This document shows, piece by piece, positions 10,565-23,200 of a DNA stretch of 55,975 bases. Source of the stretch: Hydrurus foetidus (lineage: Eukaryota); assembly GCA_900617105.1 (NCBI GenBank), contig UYFQ01000236.1:1-55975 (forward strand), read 5' to 3'. The translations under genes and the position numbers were made by a program. Position 1 is the first letter of the stretch. Every line of letters starts with the position of its first letter. The notes beneath the pieces are model-generated. The model worked only from the letters and a program-made list of their open reading frames with translations, had not been told where the DNA came from and made no database searches.

Positions 10565-12710
10565 TTACTGTTCAATGGCATCAGGTTGTTCAATGTGCTC
10601 TTCTAATATAGCATGTTGAGGATTCGGAGGCGCAACTACACCCGCAAGGATAGCAGGATTTTGCTGGGGATGGTGCTGAGGAGAAACAATATCGAAGGGT
10701 TGGTGCTCCCAGGCAGGTGCAGCTTGTGGCTTTCTTCCTCTTTTTCTCTTACGTCCGAGGAGGGTGACCATAGCATCTCTGGGAGGAACAAGAGTGCCTC
10801 GGATGATAGCGACACCGAGGGAGTGACTGCAGCTGTGCTTCTTTGCATTCACTGCACAAGTACAATTGTACCCTTCTTGCCTAGTAAGATCGGGTCTGAT
10901 AACACATACGTTATTTGATGTCGTTGTGAAATCATCAAAGGATTCGAACGAAAAATTTGTGAACTTCGCCACGAAATTGGCTGCTTTATCATCTGTCAAA
11001 TCACCCCTTACATCGCTATTGACGGCTACGTAGCTCCCATCATTCGTGATACGAACTTGTCGGGCAGTGTCTCTAGACCATCTGTAAGCCTCAGTCCAGT
11101 CGCTTGTCATGATCGTATGGACGCTGGTAAATGGGATTGGATTAGGATTTGCTGGATCCCTCCTTATAGACTGGGCACCAAGCCACCTCGATATTTCTAC
11201 GAAGAAATTCAGTACAGGCAACAGCCTTCTCTGGGTTACCTCGTTCTTTATAACTCCATTGGTTGCCTCGAGTCCGTTATTATTGATGACGCAATTAGGA
11301 CAGTGCCCTCTTGTCCAGTTACTTACAAGATTGTTTGTCCACTGAGTCCTGAAATGGGAGGTGACATTCAGCACTACTGCGTTTTCACTGGCCTCCCATT
11401 TGACGAGAAATAATGCAACCGCCGATAGGGCTTGCTCTGCGGTGAACGACAGAGATAACGCATTAATGTCTTGGAGAAACATTGCTCTGACGGCCTGATC
11501 GTGGATCCTTTTCGTCTGCTTCTCCACATTCTGCGAAGTTGGAGTTGTATTAGATAAAGAAAATTTCTTAGATTGAATTCAACTATTTACTTCACTTTAC
11601 TTGCCAGACTTACTTTGTACACGTGCGCGAAGCACATCAATCGGACAGCAATGGACGGAAATGTCTGCCGTGCAGCGTTGGCGTAGGCTTCTGCTGCATC
11701 TCCCAAGTATGCACGAGGGGTGAATAGTGGAACTCTGTCTCTCCAGGCACGGAGGTAAAATGCACCAACCCTCTCTGTACTATTTGACGAGATTCCAATT
11801 GCTCTCGTGTGAAATACGCGATCCGCATCTGTCTGACCTAACACAGTTACTGTGAATCCTTCATGAATAAGCTTGTAGGTATCGTCCATTTCAATTGGAC
11901 GGGTCAGATGCGTGCCATCGATCAAGCGGGGAGTAGAAAATAATATAGAGAAGTAGGGATCCCTAACTTGGTCATCGTGCTCGTAGTCCAATACTGCAGC
12001 TACATCGAGACCTTGATCTAAAACTGATATCAGATTACGCTGTATTAGCTCGTTAAGCTTCTTTTGTTTATTGAGTAAATCTGCTTACCTATCCTGTTCT
12101 CTCGTGCAAAAGTTTCCAAGTCCTGAAGAGATGTCTTGCCAACAGCGATCCCACCCCTCTCACGTTTACGATAATGAGATGTGAAGCTTGATATCATGTC
12201 CGTCGTTGGAGTTGGAACAACTGGTAAGTTTGCTGCCAGTTGAATTGCGGCCTGACGAACAAACTCGTCGATGACACGTTTGGGCATGCCTTGCTTCCTC
12301 ATTAAGCATTGAAGGACGATTTCCTTTTGCCGCGGTGACAATCCCCTGAGAATAACATCTGCCGCAGTATGATCATGAACTTCATTTGCGATTTCCTCAA
12401 TGAATAGATTGTCAACGTCGTCGTCGTCAGTGTCATCTAATAATTTGACGACTCTGTATTGCTTCCTGCAACCTCCCGTATTACAGATATAGTAAGAGGT
12501 CGTGCAAGTTGCGTTGTAGTTGACTCTACCAACTTTGACTCCCAATTCAAGGAGTAAAGCTGCTACTTCAGGCTCTAGAGTAAAAAATGCGATAGATTAG
12601 TTCCACGAAAAGCGACAAGCAATATCGCCACTATGATCACCTTCGCTGAAGGATCGTAGAAATGTCCATTGAAAACCATTGCCTCTGAATCGATTCCCTA
12701 GATCCTCCAT
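10565..12710 (-). CDS. MULE transposase with SWIM zinc finger, 4 exons, 641 aa
   Basis: Exons 12710-12641, 12574-12089, 12017-11614 and 11530-10565 join in frame through GT-AG introns of 66, 71 and 83 nt. DDE motifs IEMDDTYKL / YLGDAAEA / NNGLEATN, CFAH (CxxH), SWIM CTC...CSH, AT-hook-like RKRGRKP. Confidence 0.92.
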
Positions 12711-13202
12711 CGCTCAATTGTAGAATAGTGGCAACGGCGCAAAAGTTGCAACTCGCTGAACCGAAAGACAGGCATGAATCGACAGTCGCTATTACATGTT
12801 CTAGTAGCCGCTCATTTCTTTGGACTTTCAATTACAGATTTTAGCTATCGGTGCCTCAATTTAAGCACATTTCCCGTAATTTGCTGTTCAGTATACGCAA
12901 TTAGTTGGAATTCATTTGATTTGATACGTGTGTAACGGATGCCCAGATATTAGTACAAAATTACATTTAAATAGTACTGTCTTGTAGTTTTCAGTACAAT
13001 TTCTATTAGAATAGTTTGAATTACACATATTTAGTCAGACAAATGTTATAGTAGAGCATTACATATTTTTAGTATTTTAATCCACGATATAGTTTTTTTT
13101 CTATTCTTTTGGTAGATTTTCTATTGATTTAGTATGGCCGCAAATGGGTGCCAAAAAAAAATACCCCCTTCTTTGGCGCACGCCATATTCCGGAAACCAA
13201 AC

Positions 13203-13225
13203 CGATCGATCGATCGATCGATCGA
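13203..13225. repeat. (CGAT)n self-complementary microsatellite upstream of the giant gene
   Basis: CGATCGATCGATCGATCGATCGA followed by a T run, about 210 bp before ATG 13437. Confidence 0.85.
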
Positions 13226-13436
13226 CTTTTTTTTTCTAAAAAATCTGTTGCTGTCTGTTGGAGAGATTTTATTCACAGCACCTGCGATTTCTGCCAAAAG
13301 GCTCTTAATCTCCGTAGCTGTACAGAAACTCTTCGGCGACAAAGTCAGTGGGGAGCTGGAACAGTGCCGTCGTATTGTGACATCGCTCTGAACCGCTGAT
13401 CATCTCGAGTAAATCCGCGGTCCTAATTTGGACAAG

Positions 13437-14201
13437 ATGGGGAGGCGCATCATATGGCTGCTGTACACTCTAGCTCTTTCCTGCAGTGCCTCATCAGACA
13501 GCGAACAGAAGAGAATACATCAGTTACCTGAAGTGGTAGATCTAGCACGCTCTGATTTCGACACCTTTGCGGTTGGCCCTTCTGCTACAGAAAAACCATC
13601 GGAGAAACCGACACCGTTGCCGACAGCATCACCAACAAGTTTACCGTCTCAAGCGCCTTCAGCGCTTCCCTCCAAGACACCATCGCTCAAACCAACAAAT
13701 GTGCCATCACAAACACCGTCCACTTCGCCCTCGTCGATTCCATCGAGCATACCTTCTCGAAAACCAACGCTTCTGCCCTCAACAAAACCAAGCACAACGC
13801 CGTCAGTTGAACCTACATTGCCGCCATCGCGTGTTCCCTCTAAGGCCCCGTCTGTAGGTCCAACTGAAAAGCCGTCAGCTACGCCATCTTTAATGCCCAC
13901 CCTCAAGCCGACCAAATTACCAACGGATACTCCCTCACTGCTACCCTCTAAGGGACCTTCAGTGTTGCCTTCTCGCGGACTAAGCGTATCACCTACGACG
14001 CTGCCATCGCTTAAACCAACGAACACACCCACATTGAGATCACCGACGCGGCCGCCAACAATTCCTCCAAAAAAGGATGACGAAGGGAAGAAGAAAGACG
14101 ACAAGAACGACAAGAACAATAACGAGAAAGTCAAAGGCATCAGAGAAAGAGCGAATCGAGTCAGAATGAGAGATCGGGGAAGGATCGAGCGTGATGAATA
14201 A
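13437..14201 (+). CDS. N-terminal segment: signal peptide, Pro/Ser/Thr-rich stalk, charged region
   Basis: Hydrophobic leader, then ~160 aa of P(S/T)xx tetrapeptide repeats, then KKDDEGKKKDDK. Confidence 0.8.
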   Translation: MGRRIIWLLYTLALSCSASSDSEQKRIHQLPEVVDLARSDFDTFAVGPSATEKPSEKPTPLPTASPTSLPSQAPSALPSKTPSLKPTNVPSQTPSTSPSSIPSSIPSRKPTLLPSTKPSTTPSVEPTLPPSRVPSKAPSVGPTEKPSATPSLMPTLKPTKLPTDTPSLLPSKGPSVLPSRGLSVSPTTLPSLKPTNTPTLRSPTRPPTIPPKKDDEGKKKDDKNDKNNNEKVKGIRERANRVRMRDRGRIERDE

Positions 14202-17200
14202 GGGTCGAGGATCCGGCGGATCGATCAAAGGCATGTTCCGATCACGCGTCTTCAAACTCAGATCAACTCAATGTCCGGATCAACCCTCCCGCTTTGCGTC
14301 ATGTGTATTCGATCAAGAGATAATATGGCATATGGTTTCGATCAATGATGAGAACAGAAAGAAAAAGGGTGGACGCAGTGGAGAAAGAAGCCTCGATGGT
14401 GGAGACAACAGGCATGGGGAGAAAGATAAGAAGGACAAAGAGAAGAAAGAGAAGAATAAAAAAAAGAAGTCAAGAAACCGAAAAACGTTTACATGCCGAA
14501 TATGGGGACTTGCACAAATTACGCGATTCTAGCTGGTACGACTGTGTCGTTCAAATCCTCTCTCACAGTTTTGTCAAGCGGCTCCATCGGCACATCATCA
14601 AAAGGGACGATTACCGGCAAATACTTGCTGCAAGCAGGCACTGCTCAAATAGACACAGACGCAGTAAAGAAGAGCATAAAAGACTACGTAAATCTCTACT
14701 CTGAAGTTGAAAAACTTGAATGCACAACAAGCCAGTGGTCTCCCGAGCTATCAGATTACACGCTAACACCCGGTATCTACTGCTCCTGTCCTGGAAGTTT
14801 TTCATTAGCCGCATGGAGTTCGTTGATGCTTGACGCGCAGGGTGTGTCGACATCACTGTGGGTACTGCAGAGCACAGGCAGCTTGGTGACAGGCGATCAC
14901 TCGTCTGTGATACTTGTCAACGGTGCGTTATCATCGAATGTGTTCTGGTCAGTGGGCACGACAGCAACACTGGGAGCGTCAAGTTTCTTTGTGGGTCAGA
15001 TTCTTGCTATGACGGATATCGTGGTTGGATCACGGTCAGTGCTGAATGGTCGCGGGTTCACGACGACATCAGTGAAGTTCGAGGGCGGCTCTCTTGTGAG
15101 TCTAAGCGCACAGTATAGTAGTGACAACGTGACGATGGGCAGCAACAGCAAGAAGTTTGCGGTGCTTGCTGGCACATCACTATCATTTGGATCGACTCAG
15201 ACCGTCATATTAAGCGGATCAGTTGGTGTGTTGTCAGGCGCATCAATTACTGGGAAGTATCTTTTACAGAATGGCACAGCCGAGTTGGGTACGTCACTGG
15301 CTATATCTGCAGCAAATGATGTGGCACTCATGTACAACTCTGGATCTACTTTGGTATGTCAGAACTACTTGACGAATGGGGATCTATCGGGTTTGAGTCT
15401 CACACCAGGCGTGTACTGCTCATCGAGCGGGAACTTCAGTATCGGTCAGATGCGATCAGTGGTACTGGACGCACGTAATGAATCAGACGTTTCGTGGGTG
15501 TTCCAGATGACGGGTGATATGGACATGGGAGCTGAGTCGACAGTGATGCTTAAGAACGGAGCATTGGCTGATAATTTGTACTGGATAGTGGGGGGAACTG
15601 CGAATATGGGATATGCATGCTCAGTGGCGGGCACCATTATTGCCCAATCATCGATATTATTTGATCCATATTCTTCCTCTGACGGTCGATTATATTCACT
15701 TTCACGTGTCATGTTTTCTGGTGGCTCCTCAGTGAAGGTGCCTTACGGTTTCTTGAACACTTCACCCGCAGTCCTTCGTCTCTTCTACGGGTTGTCGAGT
15801 AAGTTTGCAATTCTTGCGGGATCTTTCATTCAATTTTGTTCATCTCTGACTTTTTTATCAAGTGGCTCTGTTGGTACTTCCTCTGGTGGTGCTATTACTG
15901 GTACTTATTTCACTCAAGCAGGTACCGCTCAAAAAGGTACTGACCTTGCTATACAGGCAATGAAAGACTACTTGATATTGAACGGTGCAGCATCAGGCGC
16001 CCTTTGTACGGTTGAAAATGCACCTTCCGATCTGGCGGGATTCACTCTAATACCAGGTGTGTACTGTTTTGGACCTTGGCCGTTGGCTTTAGGAACTTGG
16101 TCTTCTCTGACATTTGACGCACAGGATGTGTCGACATCACTGTGGGTACTGCAGAGCACAGGCAGCTTGGTGACAGGCGATCACTCGTCTATGATACTTG
16201 TCAACGGTGCGTTATCATCGAATGTGTTCTGGTCAGTGGGCACGACAGCAACACTGGGAGCGTCAAGTTTCTTTGTGGGTCAGATTCTTGCTATGACGGA
16301 TATCGTGGTTGGAACACAGACAGTGCTGAATGGTCGCGGGTTCACGACGACATCAGTGACGTTCGAGGGCGGCTCTCTTGTGAGTCTGGAAGCGAAGTAC
16401 GGCAGCAGTGATATGACGATGGGCAGCAATTGCAAGAAGTTTGCGGTGCTTGCTGGCACATCACTATCATTTGGATCACGTCAGACCGTCATATCAAGCG
16501 GATCAGTTGGCGTTTTGTCAGGCTCAATCATCACTGGCAACTACACTCTGAACGGTGCACAACATAACATCATCGCATCAGCAGCCTCTTATGAGCGATA
16601 TGGCACTCATGTACAACTCTGGATCTACTTTGGTATGTCAGAACTACTTGACGAATGGGGATCTATCAGGTGTGAGTCTTGCACCAGGCGTGTACTGCTC
16701 ATCGAGCGGGAACTTCAGTATCGGTCAGATGCGATCAGTGGTACTGGACGCGCGTAATGTGTCAGGAGCGACATGGGTGTTCCAGATGACGGGCAATATG
16801 ACGATGGGAGCTGAGTCGACAGTGATTCTGAAGAACGGAGCATTGGCTGCGAATGTGTATTGGATAGTGGGGGGAACTGCGAATATGGGGTATGGTAGCT
16901 CAGTGATGGGCACCATTATTGCCCAATCATCGATATCAGTTGGACCGTATGCGACTGTGGACGGTCGTGCTTTGTCTGTGTCTGATGTTTCATTTGGCGG
17001 TGGATCTTTGATGAAGGTACCTGACGGCATATCGACATCTGTGCAGCCTAGTCTACGACTGTATCTTGGCAGCGCTGCAAAGTTCATGGTGCTTGCGGGC
17101 ACGACAGTAACATTCGGATCACCGCTGGTGGTGTTAGCAAGCGGGTCTGTCGGTACATCATCAGGAGGCGCCATCACCGGCGACTACTTACTGCAAGCAG

Positions 17201-20200
17201 GCATACTCGAAAAAGGCACGACTGCAGCGAAGAATGGCATGAATGACTACTTGATAGTGAACGGCGCAGCGTCAGGCGCTCTTTGTACGTCATCTCTGAG
17301 TACGGGCAGTCTCTCAGGCGTCACACTGACACCTGGTGTGTACTGCTCCGGATCCTCTGCATTTACGTTAGGCGCATGGAAGTCGCTGACGCTTGACGCG
17401 CAGGGTGTGTCGACATCACTGTGGGTACTGAAGAGCACTGGCAGCTTGGTGACAGGCGATCACTCGTCTGTGATACTTGTCAACGGTGCGTTATCATCGA
17501 ATGTGTTCTGGTCAGTGGGCACGACAGCAACACTGGGAGCGTCAAGTTTCTTTGTGGGTCAGATTCTTGCTATGACGGATATCGTGGTTGGATCACGGTC
17601 AGTGCTGAATGGTCGCGGATTCACGACGACATCAGTGAAGTTCGAGGGCGGCTCTCTTGTGAGTCTGGAAGCGAAGTACGGCAGCAGCGATATGACGATG
17701 GGCAGCGATAGCAAGAAGTTTGCGGTGCTTGCTGGCACATCACTATCATTTGGATCACGTCCGACCGTCATATCAAGCGGATCAGTTGGTGTGTTGTCCG
17801 GCGCAAGCATCACAGGCAACTACTCATTGCTGGAGGGTACATCCCAGTACGGAACACGTTTATCGAAATCTGCTGCCAGCGATATGGCACTCATGTACAA
17901 CTCTGGATCTACTTTGGTATGTCAGAACTACTTGACGAATGGGGATCTATCAGGTGTCAGTCTTGCACCAGGCGTGTACTGCTCATCGAGCGGGAACTTC
18001 AGTATCGGTCAGATGCGATCAGTGGTACTGGACGCGCGTAATGTGTCAGGAGCGACATGGGTGTTCCAGATGACGGGTAATATGACGATGGGAGCTGAGT
18101 CGACAGTGATTCTGAAGAACGGAGCATTGGCTGCGAATGTGTATTGGATAGTGGGGGGAACTGCGAATATCGGATATGCATGCTCAGTGATGGGCACCAT
18201 TATTGCCCAATCATCGATATCAGTTGGACCGTATGCGACTGTGGACGGTCGTGCTTTGTCTGTGTCTGACGTTTCATTTGGCGGTGGATCTTTGATGAAG
18301 GTACCTGACGGCATATCGACATCTGTGCAGCCTAGTCTACGACTGTATCTTGGCAGCGCTGCAAAGTTCATGGTGCTTGCGGGCACGACAGTAACATTCG
18401 GATCACCGCTGGTGGTGTTAGCAAGCGGGTCTGTCGGTACATCATCAGGAGGCGCCATCACCGGCGACTACTTACTGCAAGCAGGCATACTCGAAAAAGG
18501 CACGACTGCAGCGAAGAATGGCATGAGTGACTACTTGATAGTGAACGGCGCAGCGTCAGGCGCTCTTTGTACGTCATCTCTGAGTACGGGCAGTCTGTCA
18601 GGCGTCACACTGACACCTGGTGTGTACTGCTCCGGATCCGCTGCACTGACGTTAGGCGCATGGAGGTCGCTGACGCTTGACGCGCAGGGTGTGTCGACAT
18701 CACTGTGGGTACTGAAGAGCACTGGCAGCTTGGTGACAGGCGATCACTCGTCTGTGATACTTGTCAACGGTGCGTTATCATCGAATGTGTTCTGGTCAGT
18801 GGGCACGACAGCAACACTGGGAGCGTCAAGTTTCTTTGTGGGTCAGATTCTTGCTATGACGGATATCGTGGTTGGATCACGGTCTGTGCTAAATGGTCGC
18901 GGGTTCACGACGACATCAGTGAAGTTCGAGGGCGGCTCTCTTGTGAGTCTGAGTGCGAAGTACGGCAGCAGTGATATGACGATGGGCAGCAACAGCAAGA
19001 AGTTTGCGGTGCTTGCTGGCACATCACTATCATTTGGATCACGTCCGACCGTCATATCAAGCGGATCAGTTGGTGTGTTGTCAGGCTCAATCATCACTGG
19101 CAACTACACTCTGCAGAACGGTACAACTGAGCTGACATCGCTGTCAGCAGAACTTGCTGCCAGCGATATTGCACTCATGTACAACTCTGGATCTACTTTG
19201 GTATGTCAGAACTACTTGACGAATGGGGATCTATCAGGTGTGAGTCTTGCACCAGGCGTGTACTGCTCATCGAGCGGGAACTTCAGTATCGGTCAGATGC
19301 GATCAGTGGTACTGGACGCGCGTAATGTGTCAGGAGCGACATGGGTGTTCCAGATGACGGGTAATATGACGATGGGAGCTGAGTCGACAGTGATTCTGAA
19401 GAACGGAGCATTGGCTGCGAATGTGTATTGGATAGTGGGGGGAACTGCGAATATGGGATATGCGAGCTCCTTGATGGGCACCATTATTGCCCAATCATCG
19501 ATATCAGTTGGACCGTATGCGACTGTGGACGGTCGTGCTTTGTCTGTGTCTGACGTTTCATTTGGCGGTGGATCTTTGATGAAGGTACCTGACGGCATAT
19601 CGACATCTGTGCAGCCTAGTCTACGACTGTATCTTGGCAGCGCTGCAAAGTTCATGTTTTAGGCGCACGACAGTAACATTCGGATCACCGCTGGTGGTGT
19701 TAGCAAGCGGGTCTGTCGGTACATCATCAGGAGGCGCCATCACCGGCGACTACTTACTGCAAGCAGGCATACTGAAATAGGCACGACTGCAGCGAAGAAT
19801 GGCATGAATGACTACTTGATAGTGAACGGCGCAGCGTCAGGCGCTCTTTGTACGTCATCTCTGAGTACGGGCAGTCTCTCAGGCATCACACTGACACCTG
19901 GTGTGTACTGCTCCGAATTTCTGGATTTGATGGTGAGCGCATGGAAATCGCTGACGCTTGACGCGCAGGGTGTGTCGACATCACTGTGGGTACTGAAGAG
20001 CACTGGCAGCTTGGTGACAGGCGATCACTCGTCTGTGATACTTGTCAACGGTGCGTTATCATCGAATGTGTTCTGGTCAGTGGGCACGACAGCAACACTG
20101 GGAGCGTCAAGTTTCTTTGTGGGTCAGATTCTTGCTATGACGGATATCGTGGTTGGATCACGGTCAGTGCTGAATGGTCGCGGGTTCACGACGACATCAG

Positions 20201-23200
20201 TGAAGTTCGAGGGCGGCTCTCTTGTGAGTCTGGAAGCGAAGTACGGCAGCAGTGATATGACGATGGGCAGCAACAGCAAGAAGTTTGCGGTGCTTGCTGG
20301 CACATCACTATCATTTGGATCACGTCCGACCGTCATATCAAGCGGATCAGTTGGTGTGTTGTCAGGCTCAATCATCACAGGCAACTACACGCTGCTGAAG
20401 GGTACAACCCAGTACGGAACACTTTTATCGAAATCTGCTTCCAGCGATATGGCACTCATGTACAACTCTGGATCTACTTTGGTATGTCAGAACTACTTGA
20501 CGAATGGGGATCTATCAGGTGTCAGTCTTGCACGAGGCGTGTACTGCTCATCGAGCGGGAACTTCAGTATCGGTCAGATGCGATCAGTGGTACTGGACGC
20601 GCGTAATGTGTCAGGAGCGACATGGGTGTTCCAGATGACGGGCAATATGACGATGGGAGCTGAGTCGACAGTGATTCTGAAGAACGGAGCATTGGCTGCG
20701 AATGTGTATTGGATAGTGGGGGGAACTGCGAATATGGGATATGCGAGCTCAGTGATGGGCACCATTATTGCCCAATCATCGATATCAGTTGGACCGTACG
20801 CGACTGTGGACGGTCGTGCTTTGTCTGTGTCTGACGTTTCATTTGGCGGTGGATCTTTGATGAAGGTACCTGACGGCATATCGACATCTGTGCAGCCTAG
20901 TCTACGACTGTATCTTGGCAGCGCTGCAAAGTTCATGATACTTGCGGGCACGACAGTAACATTCGGATCACCGCTGGTGGTGTTAGCAAGCGGGTCTGTC
21001 GGCACATCATCAGGAGGCGCCATCACCGGCGACTACTTACTGCAAGCAGGCATACTCGAAAGGCACGACTGCAGCGAAGAATGGCATGAAGGACTACTTG
21101 ATAGTGAACGGCGCAGCGTCAGGCGCTCTTTGTACGTCATCTCTGAGTACGGGCAGTCTGTCAGGCGTCACACTGACACCTGGTGTGTACTGCTCCGGAT
21201 CCGCTGCACTGACGATAGGCGCATGGAGGTCGCTGACGCTTGACGCGCAGGGTGTGTCGACATCACTGTGGGTACTGAAGAGCACAGGCAGCTTGGTGAC
21301 AGGCGATCACTCGTCTGTGATACTTGTCAACGGTGCGTTATCATCGAATGTGTTCTGGTCAGTGGGCACGACAGCAACACTGGGAGCGTCAAGTTTCTTT
21401 GTGGGTCAGATTCTTGCTATGACGGATATCGTGGTTGGATCACGGTCTGTGCTGAATGGTCGCGGGTTCACGACGACATCAGTGACGTTCGAGGGCGGCT
21501 CTCTTGTGAGTCTGGAAGCGAAGTACGGCAGCAGTGATATGACGATGGGCAGCAATTGCAAGAACTTTGCGGTGCTTGCTGGCACATCACTATCATTTGG
21601 ATCACGTCAGACCGTCATATCAAGCGGATCAGTTGGTGTGTTGTCTGGCGCAAGCATTCCGGGCAACTACACGCTGCTGAAGGGTACAACCCAGTATGGA
21701 ACACTTTTATCGAAATCTGCATCAAGTGATGTGGCACTCATGTACAACTCTGGATCTACTTTGGTATGTCAGAACTACTTGACGAATGGGGATCTATCAG
21801 GTGTGAGTCTTGCACCAGGCGTGTACTGCTCATCGAGCGGGAAGTTCAGTATCGGTCAGATGCGATCAGTGGTACTGGACGCGCGTAATGTGTCAGGAGC
21901 GACATGGGTGTTCCAGATGACGGGTACTATGACGATGGGAGCTGAGTCGACAGTGATTCTGAAGAACGGAGCATTGTCTGCGAATGTGTATTGGATAGTG
22001 GGGGGAACTGCGAATATGGGATATGCGAGCTCAGTGATGGGCACCATTATTGCCCAATCATCGATATCAGTTGGACCGTATGCGACTGTGGACGGTCGTG
22101 CTTTGTCTGTGTCTGACGTTTCATTTGGCGGTGGATCTTTGATGAAGGTACCTGACGGCATATCGACATCTGTGCAGCCTAGTCTACGACTGTATCTTGG
22201 CAGCGCTGCAAAGTTCATGATACTTGCGGGCACGACAGTAACATTCGGATCACCGCTGGTGGTGTTAGCAAGCGGGTCTGTCGGCACATCATCAGGAGGC
22301 GCCATCACCGGCGACTACTTACTGCAAGCAGGCATACCCGAAATAGGCACGACTGCAGCGAAGAATGGCATGAAGGACTACTTGATAGTGAACGGCGCAG
22401 CATCAGGCGCTCTTTGTACGTCATCTCTGAGTACGGGCAGTCTGTCAGGCGTCACACTGACACCTGGTGTGTACTGCTCCGGATCCGCTGCACTGACGAT
22501 AGGCGCATGGAGGTCGCTGACGCTTGACGCGCAGGGTGTGTCGACATCACTGTGGGTACTGAAGAGCACAGGCAGCTTGGTGACAGGCGATCACTCGTCT
22601 GTGATACTTGTCAACGGTGCGTTATCATCGAATGTGTTCTGGTCAGTGGGCACGACAGCAACACTGGGAGCGTCAAGTTTCTTTGTGGGTCAGATTCTTG
22701 CTATGACGGATATCGTGGTTGGATCACGGTCTGTGCTGAATGGTCGCGGGTTCACGACGACATCAGTGACGTTCGAGGGCGGCTCTCTTGTGAGTCTGGA
22801 AGCGAAGTACGGCAGCAGTGATATGACGATGGGCAGCAATAGCAAGAAGTTTGCGGTGCTTGCTGGCACATCACTATCATTTGGATCACGTCAGACCGTC
22901 ATATCAAGCGGATCAGTTGGTGTGTTGTCAGGCTCAATCATCACTGGCAACTACTCTCTGCAGAACGGCACAACCATAACATCATCGCCATCTTTAATAT
23001 CTGCTACCAGCGATATGGCACTCATGTACAACTCTGGATCTACTTTGGTATGTCAGAACTACTTGACGAATGGGGATCTATCAGGTGTCAGTCTTGCACG
23101 AGGCGTGTACTGCTCATCGAGCGGGAACTTCAGTATCGGTCAGATGCGATCAGTGGTACTGGACGCGCGTAATGTGTCAGGAGCGACATGGGTGTTCCAG

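Larger units (their letters stand above)
8403..13152 (-). mobile_element. Mutator-like (MULE) DNA transposon with degenerate TIRs
   Basis: Flanked by A10 (8393-8402) and A9 (13153-13161), consistent with a 9-bp TSD. GG(A/C)CATACTAAA sits at positions 14-25 from both ends in inverted orientation. Arrays of TACTRAA motifs point inward at both ends. Encodes a MULE transposase. Confidence 0.8.
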
